NCBI RefSeq assembly: GCF_024460775.1
Contig: NZ_JANFYZ010000002.1
Location: 30,954 to 94,953 of the forward strand
Direction: 5' to 3'
Source: Desulfovibrio desulfuricans
GTDB lineage: Bacteria; Desulfobacterota; Desulfovibrionia; Desulfovibrionales; Desulfovibrionaceae
DNA: 64,000 bases
Within the stretch, counting starts at the first letter, position 1. Each line of letters begins with the position of its first letter. The notes beneath the pieces were generated by a model. It did not search any database. It worked only from the letters and a program-made list of their open reading frames with translations, and was not told where the DNA came from. This document shows, in pieces, positions 49,001 to 56,853 of this stretch. The translations under genes were made by a program, and so were the position numbers.

Positions 49001-52000
49001 TGTGTTTTGAACGCTCGCCCGCTATGCTGGCCTGCATTTTTGCAGTTTTGCGGCTTGGGGCAGTCTATGTGCCGCTTGCCGCCACTTTGCCCGCCGAGCG
49101 CATGCGGTCTGTGTTTGAAGACCTCGGGCAGTGCGTGGTGCTGTGCGAAGCGCGCTTTGCGGAGGCCTTCCGCAAAAATTTGCAGGACGGGCAGAATGGG
49201 CAGTACGGCCAGCGCGTGCTCTCGCCTGATTTTGAGGCGCTGGTCGCTGGCGCGCAGGTGCCGGGCGCTGTTCCTCATTATGAAGCGGACCCCTTGCCGC
49301 CGGATTCCCCGGCCTACGTGATCTTTACTTCCGGTTCCACCGGGCGGCCCAAGGGCGTGCCTATCGGACACGCCAGCGTTGCCAACCGTCTGTTGTGGAT
49401 GCAGTCGCGCTTTCCCATCGGGCAGGGCGACGTGGTGCTGCAAAAAACCACCATCACCTTTGACGTGTCGGTATGGGAGCTGTTCTGGTGGTCGTGGCAG
49501 GGCGCTGGCATTGCCCTGCTGGAACCGAATGCGGAGAAAAATCCTGCCCTTATTGTGCAGGCCATAGAGAGCCGCCGGGTCACGGTGCTGCATTTTGTGC
49601 CGTCCATGCTGCGGGCCTTTCTGGATCATCTTGAGGCGCATCCCGGCGATGTGCGCAGACTGCGGTCATTACGCTATGTGTTCACCAGCGGCGAGGCCTT
49701 GCCCCGCGAGCTTGTGGCGCGGTGGAACGCCCTGACGCATGCGGATCAGTTGCAGGTGGAACTGCACAATCTCTACGGCCCCACCGAGGCTACCGTGGAC
49801 GTCTCTTGGCAGCCCTGCCTGAACACGCCGCCCCATGCGGTACCCATTGGCCGCCCGGTCAGCAATACCCGGCTATACGTGCTGGATGCCTGCAAGAACC
49901 CTGTGCCGCTGGGCGTAACGGGTGAGATTTATATCTCGGGCATACAGGTTGCCAGAGGTTATCTGAATAGGCCCGACCTCACGGCCCAGCGTTTTATGGA
50001 TGATCCTTTTGCCCACGGCAGCCGTATGTACCGCACGGGCGATCTGGGGCGATGGCTGACTGATGGCAGCATTGAATACCTCGGGCGCAACGATGATCAG
50101 GTGAAAATTCGCGGCTACCGCATTGAGCTTGGCGAGGTCGAGGCGGCGCTTGGGCGCTGCCGGGGCGTCTCGCAGGCGGTGGTGAGGATGGGGCGCATTG
50201 GCGAATACGCGGCGCTTGAGGCCTTTTTGCTGCCGCAGGGCGGCGCGCGGCTTGATCTGGCAGGCATCCGCGCGGAGCTTGCGGCCCTGCTGCCCAACTA
50301 CATGTGTCCGTCCCGCTTTTTTGTGGTGCAAGACATCCCGCTGAGTCCCTCGGGCAAGGCAGACCGCAAGCGCTTGCAGGGCCAGCCCCTGCTGGCGGGT
50401 GGAGAAAGGAGCGCCGTCCCTGAGCATGCCCCGGATGCATTGCAGTCTGGCCCTCAGTCTGGTCTGGAATCCGGCCTCTCCCCCACATTGATCGAAGCCG
50501 TGCGCGAAGTGTGGCGGCAGGTTATGCCAGAAGTGGAAGCGGGTTCTGATTTGGGATTTTTTGACGCGGGGGGCAATTCGCTCCTGCTGGTGCGGCTGCA
50601 CACCCTGCTGGACAAGCAGTGGCCGGGAGTATTCACGCTGGCCGGGCTTTTTTCAGAAAGCACCATCCGCGCGCAGGCCACCTTTATTGCGCGTGTGCAG
50701 CAGGTTGGCAGCACGGTTGCAACCCGCCATGCAACCACAGCGCCCATAGCCATTATCGGTATGGCCGTGCGCCTTGGCGATTATGCCGATGTGCAGAGCT
50801 TCTGGCGCGATCTTGCCAGAGGCGCGGACAAGAATATTCCCATGCCCGAAAAAAGGCGCGGCGAAACGCGGCAGATATTTGATGCCGTGGGCCTTGCCTT
50901 TGACAAGGCCCGCCTGCGCGAGGCCGCCTATCTTTCGGACATTTCCTCCTTTGATTACCGGCGGTTCGGTCTTTCGCCCAACGATGCCAGCCTGCTTGAC
51001 CCGGCCCAGCGCGTGTTTCTTGAAACAGCCCTGCGTGCCCTGGACGATGCGGGCTACGGCGGCAGCGCCCTGGAAAACGCCGATGTGGGCGTTTTTGTGG
51101 GCGCAAGCCCGGTGCGCCTGTTCCAGACTGCCGTGACGCGGGCCTTTCCCGATCTGGCGGAGCAGACCTACCTGCTCAATGTGCCTTCCAACGTGCTGGC
51201 CCGTCTGAGCTACATGAAAAACTGGCACGGCCCTGCGGCCAGCGTCGATACGGCCTGTTCGTCTGTGCTGGCGGCCCTGCATCAGGCCTGCCGCAGCCTG
51301 CACGAGGGCGAGTGCGCCGTGGCCCTTGTGGGCGGCGCGCATGTTATTGATCTGCCTGTAAAGGCCGATGCGGCCTTTGCCATCGAGTCTGTCTCTGGCC
51401 GTACAAGAACCTTTGACGCCGAGGCCGAAGGCGTTGGCGCGGGCGAAGGGGCGGCGGTATTTCTGCTCAAGCCGCTGGATGCCGCACTGCGCGATCATGA
51501 TGCCATACATGCGGTGATCCCCGGCAGCGCCGTCAATCAGGACGGCAAGTCCTCCAGCATGGCCGCGCCCAATCCCGAGGCGCAGGCCGAGGTCATTGAC
51601 CGCGCTGCACGGAACGCGGGCGTCTCACTGGCGGACATCCAGTTTTTTGAGGCCCACGGCACGGCTACTGTTCTGGGCGACCCGGTGGAAATCGAGGGCC
51701 TGCGCAGGGCCTTTGCGCGGCAGGGCGCGCGGCGGGAGCACAAGGCACTTATCGGTTCGGTCAAGGGTAATCTGGGGCATCTGGATGCCGCCGCTGGCGC
51801 TGCCGGCCTTGCCAAGGCCGTGCTCTGCCTTGAAAACGGCCTTGTGCCGCCGCAGCCGCATTTTGAGCGGCCCAATCCCCATATCGATTTTGAGGCCGCG
51901 CCCGTGCGCGTGGCGCAGATGCTTGAGCCGTTGCCTCCGCAGGAGCGCCCCTGGCGTTGCGGCGTCAGTTCCTTTGGCCTCAGCGGCGTAAATACCCATG

Positions 52001-55000
52001 TGATTGTGGCGGAGCATCAGGCGCAGCCTTTGCCGCAGGACGACGGGCACTGGCAGTGCGTTGTGTTTTCCGCCCCGGACGAAACCTCGTTGCAGGACTA
52101 CGCCAAGGCGGTCGCGGCGGCTGTGGCGCGCAACGAGGGCTGGCCCCTGCATGCCATTGCCGCCACCCTCATGACCGGGCGGGATGCCCTGCCTGTGCGT
52201 GCGGCTCTTGTGGCGCGTTCCCGGCAGGAGCTACTTGAGCAGCTTGAGGCCGGACTCACGGGCGTTGCCGCGGGCAATGCGGCACGCCATGACAGCCGGA
52301 GCAGTATGGAAAATCCGCTCCCCGGCGCATTCTTTGCCTCGCAGGAAGCGGCGCAGGCAGCCGCCAGCGCCTACCTTGCCGGGGCAAGGATTGCGTGGCC
52401 CGCAGAAAAGCCCGTCTACAGGGTGCATCTGCCCGCAGCCCCCCTCGCCGCCGCTACGTTGTGGCCGCGTTTTGCAGCGCACTTTCTTTCCGAACCCGTC
52501 ATAACGCCTGCCGGAAAGGCCTTTGCCCTTGCCGTGGACAGGCCGGATTTCTGGCCTGCGGCGGAGCACAGGCTTGAGGGCACCCCCTTGCTGGTGGGCA
52601 TGAGCCTGCTGGATTGTCTTGGATGGATCGGCGGAGCCGCCCCCCTGAGCCTGCACGACCTGCGCTGGCGCAAGCCAGTAACCTGCGGCCCAGGACGCCG
52701 CGTGGTGCTGCTGGCGCAGGAGCAGGGCGATGCCCTTGCCGTGGAACTGCACCATTTTGAGCCTGCCGACCACAAGGCTGGCGAGACTTCTACTAAGTGG
52801 CAGGCCACTGGCACGTGGAGCGTGGCCGCCAGCGGCCTTGTGCGCGGCGGGACTGCCCGCCCTGCGGCGTTGAATCTGGCTACAGTGCGCGAAAGTCTGC
52901 GCGAAATTGCGCAGCAAGATACGCCGGAAGATTCGCCGCTCATGGTCAGCGGGCGCTGGCAGTGCCGCAAGGCGCTCTGGGTGGCGGAGGACGGCAATAC
53001 CCTGCTGGCAGAGCTGTGCCTGCCCGAGGCCTATCGTGCGGATTTCAATACCTTCCGCTGGCATCCGGCCATGATGGATATTGCCGCAAGCCTTGCCCTG
53101 CGCGACGCTTACGGGTTTGTGCCCGCTGGTTGCCGCATGGCGCGGCTCCACAGCCCCCTGACCGCGCAGGCCTTTGCGCTGGTGCGTATCACTGACCGTC
53201 AGCAGGGCATGATTGTGGCCGACTGCGCGGTGACGGACGCCTCGGGCCAGATTGTTGCGGAGCTTGAAGGAATGACCTTTATGGCCCTTCGCAAGGGACA
53301 GGCCGTTGGCAAATCCGGCCCGGATACGCCGCAGATTCATTCTTTGCATAGTGACCAGCCTCAGTCGGAACTGTACGCCATTGGGTGGAAGCAGGCCGAT
53401 CTGGAAGGCTCTGTTGCCGGGCCGCAAAACATCATCTTGCTTGGCGGGCAGGGGAGCCTTTTGGGTGAAACCCTGGAGCCGCTTGCGCACGCGCACCGTC
53501 CCTTGCCCTTGCTGGCGGATGAAGCCCGCGCTCTGGCGCGTGAAATCCTTGCTGGCCCCACAGATCATCTGCTCTGGCTGCCTGCATCACAGTCTGCTGG
53601 ACAGCATGGCGGGCAAAACGACACGTGGCCGCTCTGCGCCCTGCTGCAAGAGATTTGCAGCGGTGGTCTGCGCCGCCCCCTGCGCGTCACCGTTGTGGGC
53701 AGGGGGGCCTTTGTGGCAGGCGGTTCTACCCCTGAACCGCATCAGGAATGTTTGCCGCAGGGTGCGTTGTACATGGGGCCGCTTCTCTGCCTGCCGTGGG
53801 AAGAACCCAGAATTTCCTGCGCCTATGTGGAGCTTGAGGAGCAGAACGCAGCTTCCGTAGCGGCCTTTGCGGCCAGCCTCGGGCTGGTTGACGGGCCGTA
53901 TGTGGCGGCACACGATGGCACGGTGCGTGTGCGTGAGCTGGTCAAGCTGCCATCTGCGCCTGCGCTAACCACTATGCCCGTTATAACAAAGAACGGTTGC
54001 GTGGTGATCACCGGCGGCCTCGGAGGCATGGGCCAGACGCTGGCGCGCCAGATTTATGAGCGCCACGGCGCGCACGTGGTTTTGCTGCACAGAAGCAGCC
54101 AGTTGCCGCCCCATGCGCTGGAGGGCGTGCCCTTTGTCGCCTTCCGCTGCGATGTCGCGGACGCCGCGCAGGTTGAAGAGGTTTTTGCAAAAATCCGGCG
54201 CGAGGTCGGCCCGGTGCAGGGCGTCATTCATACGGCTGGCGTGGCTGGCAGGGGCTATCTGCTGACCAGCGACAGGCAGGGATATGAATCCGTACTGGCC
54301 CCCAAGGTGGCTGGCACCTGGAATCTGCACAAGGCAACCCTTGGCGATGATCTGGCCTTCTTTGTGCTGGCTTCATCGCGCACGGCCCTTGTGGGTGCGC
54401 CGGGGCAGAGCGACTACACCGCCGCCAATGCCTTTTTGAACGCTTTTGCCCGGTATCGCCGCCGCCTTGGGCTGCCCGCGCTTTCCATTAACTGGAACAC
54501 ATGGTCGGGCGTGGGCATGGCCGTTCGCGAGGGGCTTGGCAACGGGCCGGAGGCCGCAAACATGCTTGCGCCGCAGCAGGCCCTTGCCGTGCTTGAAGCC
54601 GCACTTGCCAGCGGTGAGGAACTTGTGGCTGTGGGCATGACGGGCGAAAGCGTAGAGGATTTTGCCCTTAACGGCCTGCCCGGGAGCGAGTTGCCCGGCA
54701 GCATGTTGGGCAGCGCGTCAATCAGCAGCAGTGCGGCGAAGGGCAATGCCACGCAGGCGCAACCCGGCGTTAATGCCGACAGTCTTGATGGGGCGGCCCT
54801 GCTTGAGATTATCCGCGATTGCCTTGGATATGACAGACCGCTGACCAGAGAGGACGACTTTTTTGATCTGGGCGGTGATTCCATTGCCGCAACGCGCATT
54901 GTGAACAGGCTGGACAAGGAGGCGGGGCTTGCCCTCGCTGTGGCGGATCTGCTGGAAAGCGACACCCTCGGCGATATTGTTGACTGCGCCCTTGCCTCGT

Positions 55001-56853
55001 GCAAGCCAACGCAGCCGCTGCAACAAACCGAGGAAACAACGCCAGTTCTGGATAAGTACCCCGTGGGCAACGAGCAGCTTGCCATCCTGTATGCCGACAT
55101 GGTCAGCGAGGGTGATCTGGGTTTCAACCTGCCAGCATTCCTTGTGATGCCGCCTGATGCGGACGCGGCGCGGCTTGAAAAGGCCCTTGCCCAGATTGTG
55201 GAACGGCACGAGGCGTTGCGCACGAGCTTCTGCGATTTTGAGGCCGAGCGTCCGGCCATGATTATTCATCCCTTTACGGGATTTACCCTTGAAGAAAGGC
55301 GCATCCCAGATCTTGCGCACAAGGATGACATTATCCGGCCCTTTAACCTGCGGAACGAAACGGGCTTTCGCGCCTGCCTGCTTGTGACCGATGCGGGTGA
55401 AAAGGTGTTGTTCATTGATCTGCACCACGCCCTTGGGGACGGCAGAACCATGTCGCTGCTCAATGTGGAGCTGTACCGCCTGTATCACGGGCTGGAGCTT
55501 GCGCCTGTGACCGCGCAGATGAAGGATATTGCCTGGCGGCAGGTCATGCATCCCGATGCCGAAGCCGCAGCCTACTGGCAGAATATTTACAAGGACGAAT
55601 TGCCCCGGTTGGACCTGCCCGCATCGCATCCCCGCCCCCGGGTTCATACCGGCAGGGGCGGCACGTATGAATTTGATCTCGCACCGGAGCTTGTACAGGC
55701 CATCAAGAGCCTGGCCCGCAGGGAAGGGCTGACCAACTATCAGGTTTCGCTCTGCGCCTGGAGCCTGCTGGCGCAGGCCTACACCGGCTCGCAGGATATC
55801 GTGGTCGCTGTTTCGATGGACGCGCGGGGCGAACATCTCAACACCGCGGGCATGCTGGCGTCAGTGCTGCCGCTGCGTTTCAGCGTAGATCCCGACAAGC
55901 CTCTTTCCGCCCTGCTGCGCGCCACGCGGCAGGTAAGCAACGAAGGCATGCGCCACCGTGCCTACATTCTGAACAGCCTGCTGGCGGACCTCCGGCAGAC
56001 CGCATGGCCGGACAGATCGCCCCTGTCGGAGATCATTCTCTCATACATGAACTTTGAATTTGCCGCCGAAGGGCAGGGCCTGTTTGAATCCCTGCGGTTC
56101 AGCAAATTTTCCAGCAAGACGGATCTTTCCATCTTTGTGAGCGATATTGGCGAGAGCATAAGCATTGCCATTGAATACTACGCAGATCTGTTCAGTGAGG
56201 CCGATGTGCTGCGCATGGCCCGCGACTATGTGCGCATGCTTGAACTCATGACCTCCGCGCCTGTGGACGCGCCGCTGCGCTTTATGCCCACTGATTTGCC
56301 GTGCGCCGCTGGCGGCGCGGTAAGCCTCGAGCAGTGCGAAGCCTTGGCCCCGGCAGCCTTGCAACAGGGCATTGAAGCCTTGGCTGCGGGCAAGGGAGCA
56401 TCTGCCGAAGCGGTGCTGCTGACGGTGTTTGCCGTACTGATGGGCAAGGTGACCCAGCAGGAGCAATTTGTGGTGGAAGTGCCGCCAGAGTGCGCCATCA
56501 GGTTCAGCATTGACGACAATATGGAGTTTGATGAACTGCTGGCCTTCACGCAAAAGAGGCTGACGGAAAAGGCTGGTATGGGGGGGGCTGACCACGGTGA
56601 TTCTGGCCCTGCCGATACTGACATGCCCGCCATGCAAAGCGGCCTGCGTTTGGGCTTTGCTTTGGCAGAGGGGAGTATCTCCACACCTGCGCAGGGCAAG
56701 GGTTACGGCCTGTTCTGCTCGGTTCGGGAACAGGAGGAAGGTCTGGCCCTTTATTTTGCGTATGATCCGCAGCAGGTTGGCGCGGAAACAGCTCAGGACT
56801 GGCTGACCTATTACGGGAATTTTCTTGAAGGCATAATTGAAGGGGCGGCATGA
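40033..56853 (+). CDS. hybrid NRPS / AT-less PKS megasynthase (~5606 aa): Cstarter-A-T, C-T-E, C-T, C-A-T, KS-DH-KR-ACP, C, plus a ~170-aa C-terminal tail
   Basis: Single uninterrupted ORF (opens at GTG 40021; ATG 40033 has a GGGGGA RBS). Domain motifs were read directly (see domain entries below). The stop overlaps the next NRPS start (ATGATGA). Confidence 0.9.
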   Translation: MAKIVPLTGCQKELWLSAKAALSDYAETSIRGCYHIDALLDPDLLRQAIKRTLHFTPLPAASLCQDEAEPYFLVGEPQEPDFRVLDAATQPDPDAAADRMIDEFFEEPVENPLMRYALVITGEASCIVAMKCSHVVLDGLAFFFHIAVIADVYTALARGETPELGEPCSCEEAYLEDQAHCASPRFQKDMTFWQEHLARLPEKRLLRALPGRPDVLGESRHQKFVLSEKTSSETSALIAAHKVSPAVFFTGIYALIVSFMSGEKDIVALAPVAYGERKVLYRRQGAMMSLPPLLVNVAAHDTFAGLLEAVSAQNGSFYRHVRTPYQLAARQLEGKNFAFLADTFVNFLPNTPPGTPEFPIVEAEQRHSAKEPILFGTLVMQELRSGCFSLTVRNSRNHLSDRDVERFVARVESVVAQLAAGIEPPQLDYLLEEEKRELAQWRSGPARKYDIRSLPELFDAAADAFAGRVAVRDEWGNSLSYAQVRENSLRCASWLAGQGVARGGIVAVAAQRTANLPEVVLGIQRLGAVYLPIDPKAAPDRMAYIVEDAGADITLDLADLAYRQAPISPLPQAPRAEDGAYLIYTSGSTGKPKGVLAPHGGFANMIQGQIELFGVQADDHVLQFAPPIFDASLSEMFMALLAGAALYPVSDQCRNAPWTLRQYMIDNDISIVTLPPSYLNLFEGEPFPGLRVLITAGEPPVVGDALHYAKGLRYFNAYGPTETCVCAAMKEVSPFEPQPIGVGSPIPNVTLSIRNAEGRELPAGMAGELWIGGASLALGYHNKPEMTEQRFVHLPQEGNARFYASGDLALWSDKGEILLLGRADDQVKIRGNRVELAEVACLLESCESVSQAAVLAVKDAGGQASLAAFFVLRPGASIEAVVSWSRTSLPPYMVPSAWHVLEAMPLAPTGKIDRKALQSLARRGDAQGGSVRKPHAGLLEIFERVLGRAYDPEKSFFAQGGNSLNAMSLLHAIRKTFDVDISFRSFVSCETLFDVESLLGGVRAESALAGIESAPLSTGQFRIWAYQQVNEGSIDYNMPLLLELRGDKTADFLEGLRRAANAQELFHCTVAGDIDNPHFARGKGEVYLCSVAIADAREAAVFFDQQIHTPFDLRVEPPVRLVAAVLPQCVQVLVLVHHVAGDGETLEILLQNALRYLRGEPPACGLLAVQEAFCRRQAAYAASPACADDAAYWQEVLTPPVPTVNPATGAASRKGAMIGVDLDAETAQGFEILARNSGASVLACFVALAGRALCRRFDRKELLLGVPMGLRETQDEFCAAGFYVNTVPLRVRLDGLEDSAAVADAARQMRQAIEHSRYCAADIVPEFLATHAHFEPVGVPGLELNRLELELRASKLTASFTLVTGTASRIVLEYDAGCIADAPALLDDLAQSMRRACEGLARRNPRQVLADAWREILHPGSSSAVQEESDFFRDGGDSIKAIQITGILRRSGITALSAPDFLRKPHFGDLCTLLESADSELSAAQAMDYTPVAPGEQVPLLPFARYFLGAHPSHWRQFFMLLPLEIRSDVPTASIEAWLQTLPENHESLRMAFAPDHAVLLAEPQKITLHCRDFADTVEQTSLLRKAVAEITEGLDAACGKTLGAMLARQGERRFLLLVGHHLALDALSLETLRQGLLHYCRTGKAQCEAHGLALRAREVERLRAAGVFPSEEQRALWRAACAEPCEPLRALLPQSRDRGRDSAASRARLSAQLEGFRQEYSTDAKADLLAALACALHAQGQKAAVRVTLESHGRDELLSGFDASRSLGWFTAVCPMPLGPSLNYAQAREALGPWLAQHFSPENCNAYGYLRQENPAEFGYAAQIAFNYLGRLTGQPDEEASLMLSALAPGLIPELVHADMEADAPLELSVFFDQQGILHLGAWFSPQCLPQDWVSGLLQSWRAALKTLPAYLPQQTLDAIFAACGCHAEDVERIAQPDAGHAPLLYQSLLAQSGVYTQQVEFHFRGPVDVFALMRAWEALTARHESLRSLFPMPVEGEFYRVVLLKGRTSLEFHDFSHLPEAEAEAEAQALLRAERQRGFDVQRGPLLRARFFRRGADRVVMSWCFHHLLMDGWCMGVLLRELFALAGAKGGPENSRLPEPFPLETYSRWRAQFDERAARAYWAGLLQDFSGPTGVELAQPAPRAAAPGEFDEPLTVELELDAALSASLQELAKTEAVTLSALVQMLWAIVLGNANNGCRDVVFGVVTSGRPAELAGIESAVGLFIQTLPLRARWTASDSLGALLAQVKEQNLQQMRYGYVPLSTLGRNLLDHLMVFENYPVDTSFDHNRVELRDMRGFEKLPYALGISVIPGVNLRFRFLYDPERLPEERALALRNGLHAVLAAAASGRARTCLALEEAANNAGAGAERPAGEHGGAELGGAENAPGDAAAATGQAQVPQGPDVAALAETVRAAYAAVLGCPVDSVDADFFQLGGHSLIAMSLLSQLSKSLSVAVGIEDVMGYPSPRALAARIGSLAKPDAVIPRVEELAAYPLSPAQQRIWFLQKLHEGGQVYVIPFAARLRGPVDAVALQKALTLLEERHDALRLRVALDAPEQSLAPAGGLRLESYDTPLTDAAYLGMSLPLGPERPLVRVALFRQEDGSHALVFCFHHIIFDGWSAEVITRELNEAYGAVLQGRVPQWRPLDLDFASYALWESQREAEGLEQICSDLAPLPERLRLPLDYPRPAVQRFEGAVQSFDLGLERSHALKDWAQRAGVTVFPVLLALVDAFLLRHTGQDDIIVGCPAANREHEQVQGVVGLFVNTLAVRARMNAQGGFAELAGTVDAAFRKSLAVQSCPFEKVIEAVGVERNAARNPVFDVFAALEDASWNNFGRAPLCMEPLPLPHQSSKFDLSFYFKERADGGYTVDVEYCTELFSPQTVRRMAERLLTLADAVLADDAKPLAELDILPARERAELASFNDTAEPLDVAADMDSRFRAQAARTPHAPAVLDAAGTAVSYTQFNAQVDAVCAWLQGQGVERGQYVCMCFERSPAMLACIFAVLRLGAVYVPLAATLPAERMRSVFEDLGQCVVLCEARFAEAFRKNLQDGQNGQYGQRVLSPDFEALVAGAQVPGAVPHYEADPLPPDSPAYVIFTSGSTGRPKGVPIGHASVANRLLWMQSRFPIGQGDVVLQKTTITFDVSVWELFWWSWQGAGIALLEPNAEKNPALIVQAIESRRVTVLHFVPSMLRAFLDHLEAHPGDVRRLRSLRYVFTSGEALPRELVARWNALTHADQLQVELHNLYGPTEATVDVSWQPCLNTPPHAVPIGRPVSNTRLYVLDACKNPVPLGVTGEIYISGIQVARGYLNRPDLTAQRFMDDPFAHGSRMYRTGDLGRWLTDGSIEYLGRNDDQVKIRGYRIELGEVEAALGRCRGVSQAVVRMGRIGEYAALEAFLLPQGGARLDLAGIRAELAALLPNYMCPSRFFVVQDIPLSPSGKADRKRLQGQPLLAGGERSAVPEHAPDALQSGPQSGLESGLSPTLIEAVREVWRQVMPEVEAGSDLGFFDAGGNSLLLVRLHTLLDKQWPGVFTLAGLFSESTIRAQATFIARVQQVGSTVATRHATTAPIAIIGMAVRLGDYADVQSFWRDLARGADKNIPMPEKRRGETRQIFDAVGLAFDKARLREAAYLSDISSFDYRRFGLSPNDASLLDPAQRVFLETALRALDDAGYGGSALENADVGVFVGASPVRLFQTAVTRAFPDLAEQTYLLNVPSNVLARLSYMKNWHGPAASVDTACSSVLAALHQACRSLHEGECAVALVGGAHVIDLPVKADAAFAIESVSGRTRTFDAEAEGVGAGEGAAVFLLKPLDAALRDHDAIHAVIPGSAVNQDGKSSSMAAPNPEAQAEVIDRAARNAGVSLADIQFFEAHGTATVLGDPVEIEGLRRAFARQGARREHKALIGSVKGNLGHLDAAAGAAGLAKAVLCLENGLVPPQPHFERPNPHIDFEAAPVRVAQMLEPLPPQERPWRCGVSSFGLSGVNTHVIVAEHQAQPLPQDDGHWQCVVFSAPDETSLQDYAKAVAAAVARNEGWPLHAIAATLMTGRDALPVRAALVARSRQELLEQLEAGLTGVAAGNAARHDSRSSMENPLPGAFFASQEAAQAAASAYLAGARIAWPAEKPVYRVHLPAAPLAAATLWPRFAAHFLSEPVITPAGKAFALAVDRPDFWPAAEHRLEGTPLLVGMSLLDCLGWIGGAAPLSLHDLRWRKPVTCGPGRRVVLLAQEQGDALAVELHHFEPADHKAGETSTKWQATGTWSVAASGLVRGGTARPAALNLATVRESLREIAQQDTPEDSPLMVSGRWQCRKALWVAEDGNTLLAELCLPEAYRADFNTFRWHPAMMDIAASLALRDAYGFVPAGCRMARLHSPLTAQAFALVRITDRQQGMIVADCAVTDASGQIVAELEGMTFMALRKGQAVGKSGPDTPQIHSLHSDQPQSELYAIGWKQADLEGSVAGPQNIILLGGQGSLLGETLEPLAHAHRPLPLLADEARALAREILAGPTDHLLWLPASQSAGQHGGQNDTWPLCALLQEICSGGLRRPLRVTVVGRGAFVAGGSTPEPHQECLPQGALYMGPLLCLPWEEPRISCAYVELEEQNAASVAAFAASLGLVDGPYVAAHDGTVRVRELVKLPSAPALTTMPVITKNGCVVITGGLGGMGQTLARQIYERHGAHVVLLHRSSQLPPHALEGVPFVAFRCDVADAAQVEEVFAKIRREVGPVQGVIHTAGVAGRGYLLTSDRQGYESVLAPKVAGTWNLHKATLGDDLAFFVLASSRTALVGAPGQSDYTAANAFLNAFARYRRRLGLPALSINWNTWSGVGMAVREGLGNGPEAANMLAPQQALAVLEAALASGEELVAVGMTGESVEDFALNGLPGSELPGSMLGSASISSSAAKGNATQAQPGVNADSLDGAALLEIIRDCLGYDRPLTREDDFFDLGGDSIAATRIVNRLDKEAGLALAVADLLESDTLGDIVDCALASCKPTQPLQQTEETTPVLDKYPVGNEQLAILYADMVSEGDLGFNLPAFLVMPPDADAARLEKALAQIVERHEALRTSFCDFEAERPAMIIHPFTGFTLEERRIPDLAHKDDIIRPFNLRNETGFRACLLVTDAGEKVLFIDLHHALGDGRTMSLLNVELYRLYHGLELAPVTAQMKDIAWRQVMHPDAEAAAYWQNIYKDELPRLDLPASHPRPRVHTGRGGTYEFDLAPELVQAIKSLARREGLTNYQVSLCAWSLLAQAYTGSQDIVVAVSMDARGEHLNTAGMLASVLPLRFSVDPDKPLSALLRATRQVSNEGMRHRAYILNSLLADLRQTAWPDRSPLSEIILSYMNFEFAAEGQGLFESLRFSKFSSKTDLSIFVSDIGESISIAIEYYADLFSEADVLRMARDYVRMLELMTSAPVDAPLRFMPTDLPCAAGGAVSLEQCEALAPAALQQGIEALAAGKGASAEAVLLTVFAVLMGKVTQQEQFVVEVPPECAIRFSIDDNMEFDELLAFTQKRLTEKAGMGGADHGDSGPADTDMPAMQSGLRLGFALAEGSISTPAQGKGYGLFCSVREQEEGLALYFAYDPQQVGAETAQDWLTYYGNFLEGIIEGAA
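40036..41330 (+). other. NRPS condensation domain, N-terminal (starter-type position)
   Basis: HHxxxDG core as SHVVLDGLAFF at ~40423-40455. First domain of the protein, preceding A1. Confidence 0.7.
41380..42790 (+). other. NRPS adenylation domain A1
   Basis: A3 LIYTSGSTGKPKGV (41776-41817), A5 NAYGPTETC, A7 YASGDLA, A8 GRADDQVKIRGNRVEL, A10 PLAPTGKIDRKAL. Confidence 0.85.
42830..43030 (+). other. thiolation (PCP) domain T1
   Basis: FFAQGGNSLNAMSL with phosphopantetheine-attachment serine. Confidence 0.8.
43070..44290 (+). other. condensation domain C2
   Basis: C1-like LSTGQFRIWAYQQ and HHVAGDGETL at ~43441. Confidence 0.75.
44290..44480 (+). other. thiolation domain T2 (directly after C2, no A domain)
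   Basis: DFFRDGGDSIKAIQITGIL. Confidence 0.75.
44500..45770 (+). other. epimerization-type domain (E), C-domain superfamily
   Basis: Position after a T domain. E1-like PLLPFARYFLG (cf. PxxPxQxWF) and E2-like HHLALDALSLE (HHxxxDxxS) at ~44887. Confidence 0.5.
45800..47090 (+). other. condensation domain C4
   Basis: HHLLMDGWCMGVLL at ~46231. C-domain length and secondary motifs (YPLS/NYLGRL-type). Confidence 0.7.
47250..47460 (+). other. thiolation domain T3 (after Ala/Gly-rich linker; no A domain in this module)
   Basis: FFQLGGHSLIAMSLLSQL at ~47329. Confidence 0.8.
47490..48790 (+). other. condensation domain C5
   Basis: YPLSPAQQRIWFLQ (C1) and HHIIFDGWS (C3) at ~47866. Confidence 0.8.
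48800..50380 (+). other. adenylation domain A2
   Basis: A3 VIFTSGSTGRPKGV (49321-49359), A5 NLYGPTEAT, A7 YRTGDLG, A8 GRNDDQVKIRGYRIELGEVE, A10 LSPSGKADRKRL. Confidence 0.85.
50480..50700 (+). other. thiolation domain T4
   Basis: FFDAGGNSLLLVRLH at ~50557. Confidence 0.8.
50737..52030 (+). other. ketosynthase (KS) domain
   Basis: PIAIIGMAVRL. Active-site DTACSSVLAAL (Cys). Catalytic His motifs EAHGTATVLGDPVE and GSVKGNLGHLDAAAGAAG. Confidence 0.9.
52470..53300 (+). other. dehydratase-like (DH) domain; no AT domain between KS and DH
   Basis: HxxxGxxxxP-like HRLEGTPLLVGMSLLD (~52563) and downstream D-motif region DIAASLALRD. No GHSxG acyltransferase motif anywhere in the 52030-53990 interdomain region. 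Confidence 0.5.
53990..54540 (+). other. ketoreductase (KR) domain
   Basis: Rossmann motif VVITGGLGGMGQTLAR, then the SDR catalytic region ending ...NWNTWSGVGMA. Confidence 0.8.
54790..54990 (+). other. acyl carrier protein (ACP/T) domain
   Basis: FFDLGGDSIAATRIVNRL. Confidence 0.8.
55030..56330 (+). other. condensation domain C6 (pairs with the A-T-TE of the next protein)
   Basis: HHALGDGRTM at ~55423. C6/C7-like SKTDLSIFV and IEYYADLF. Confidence 0.8.
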
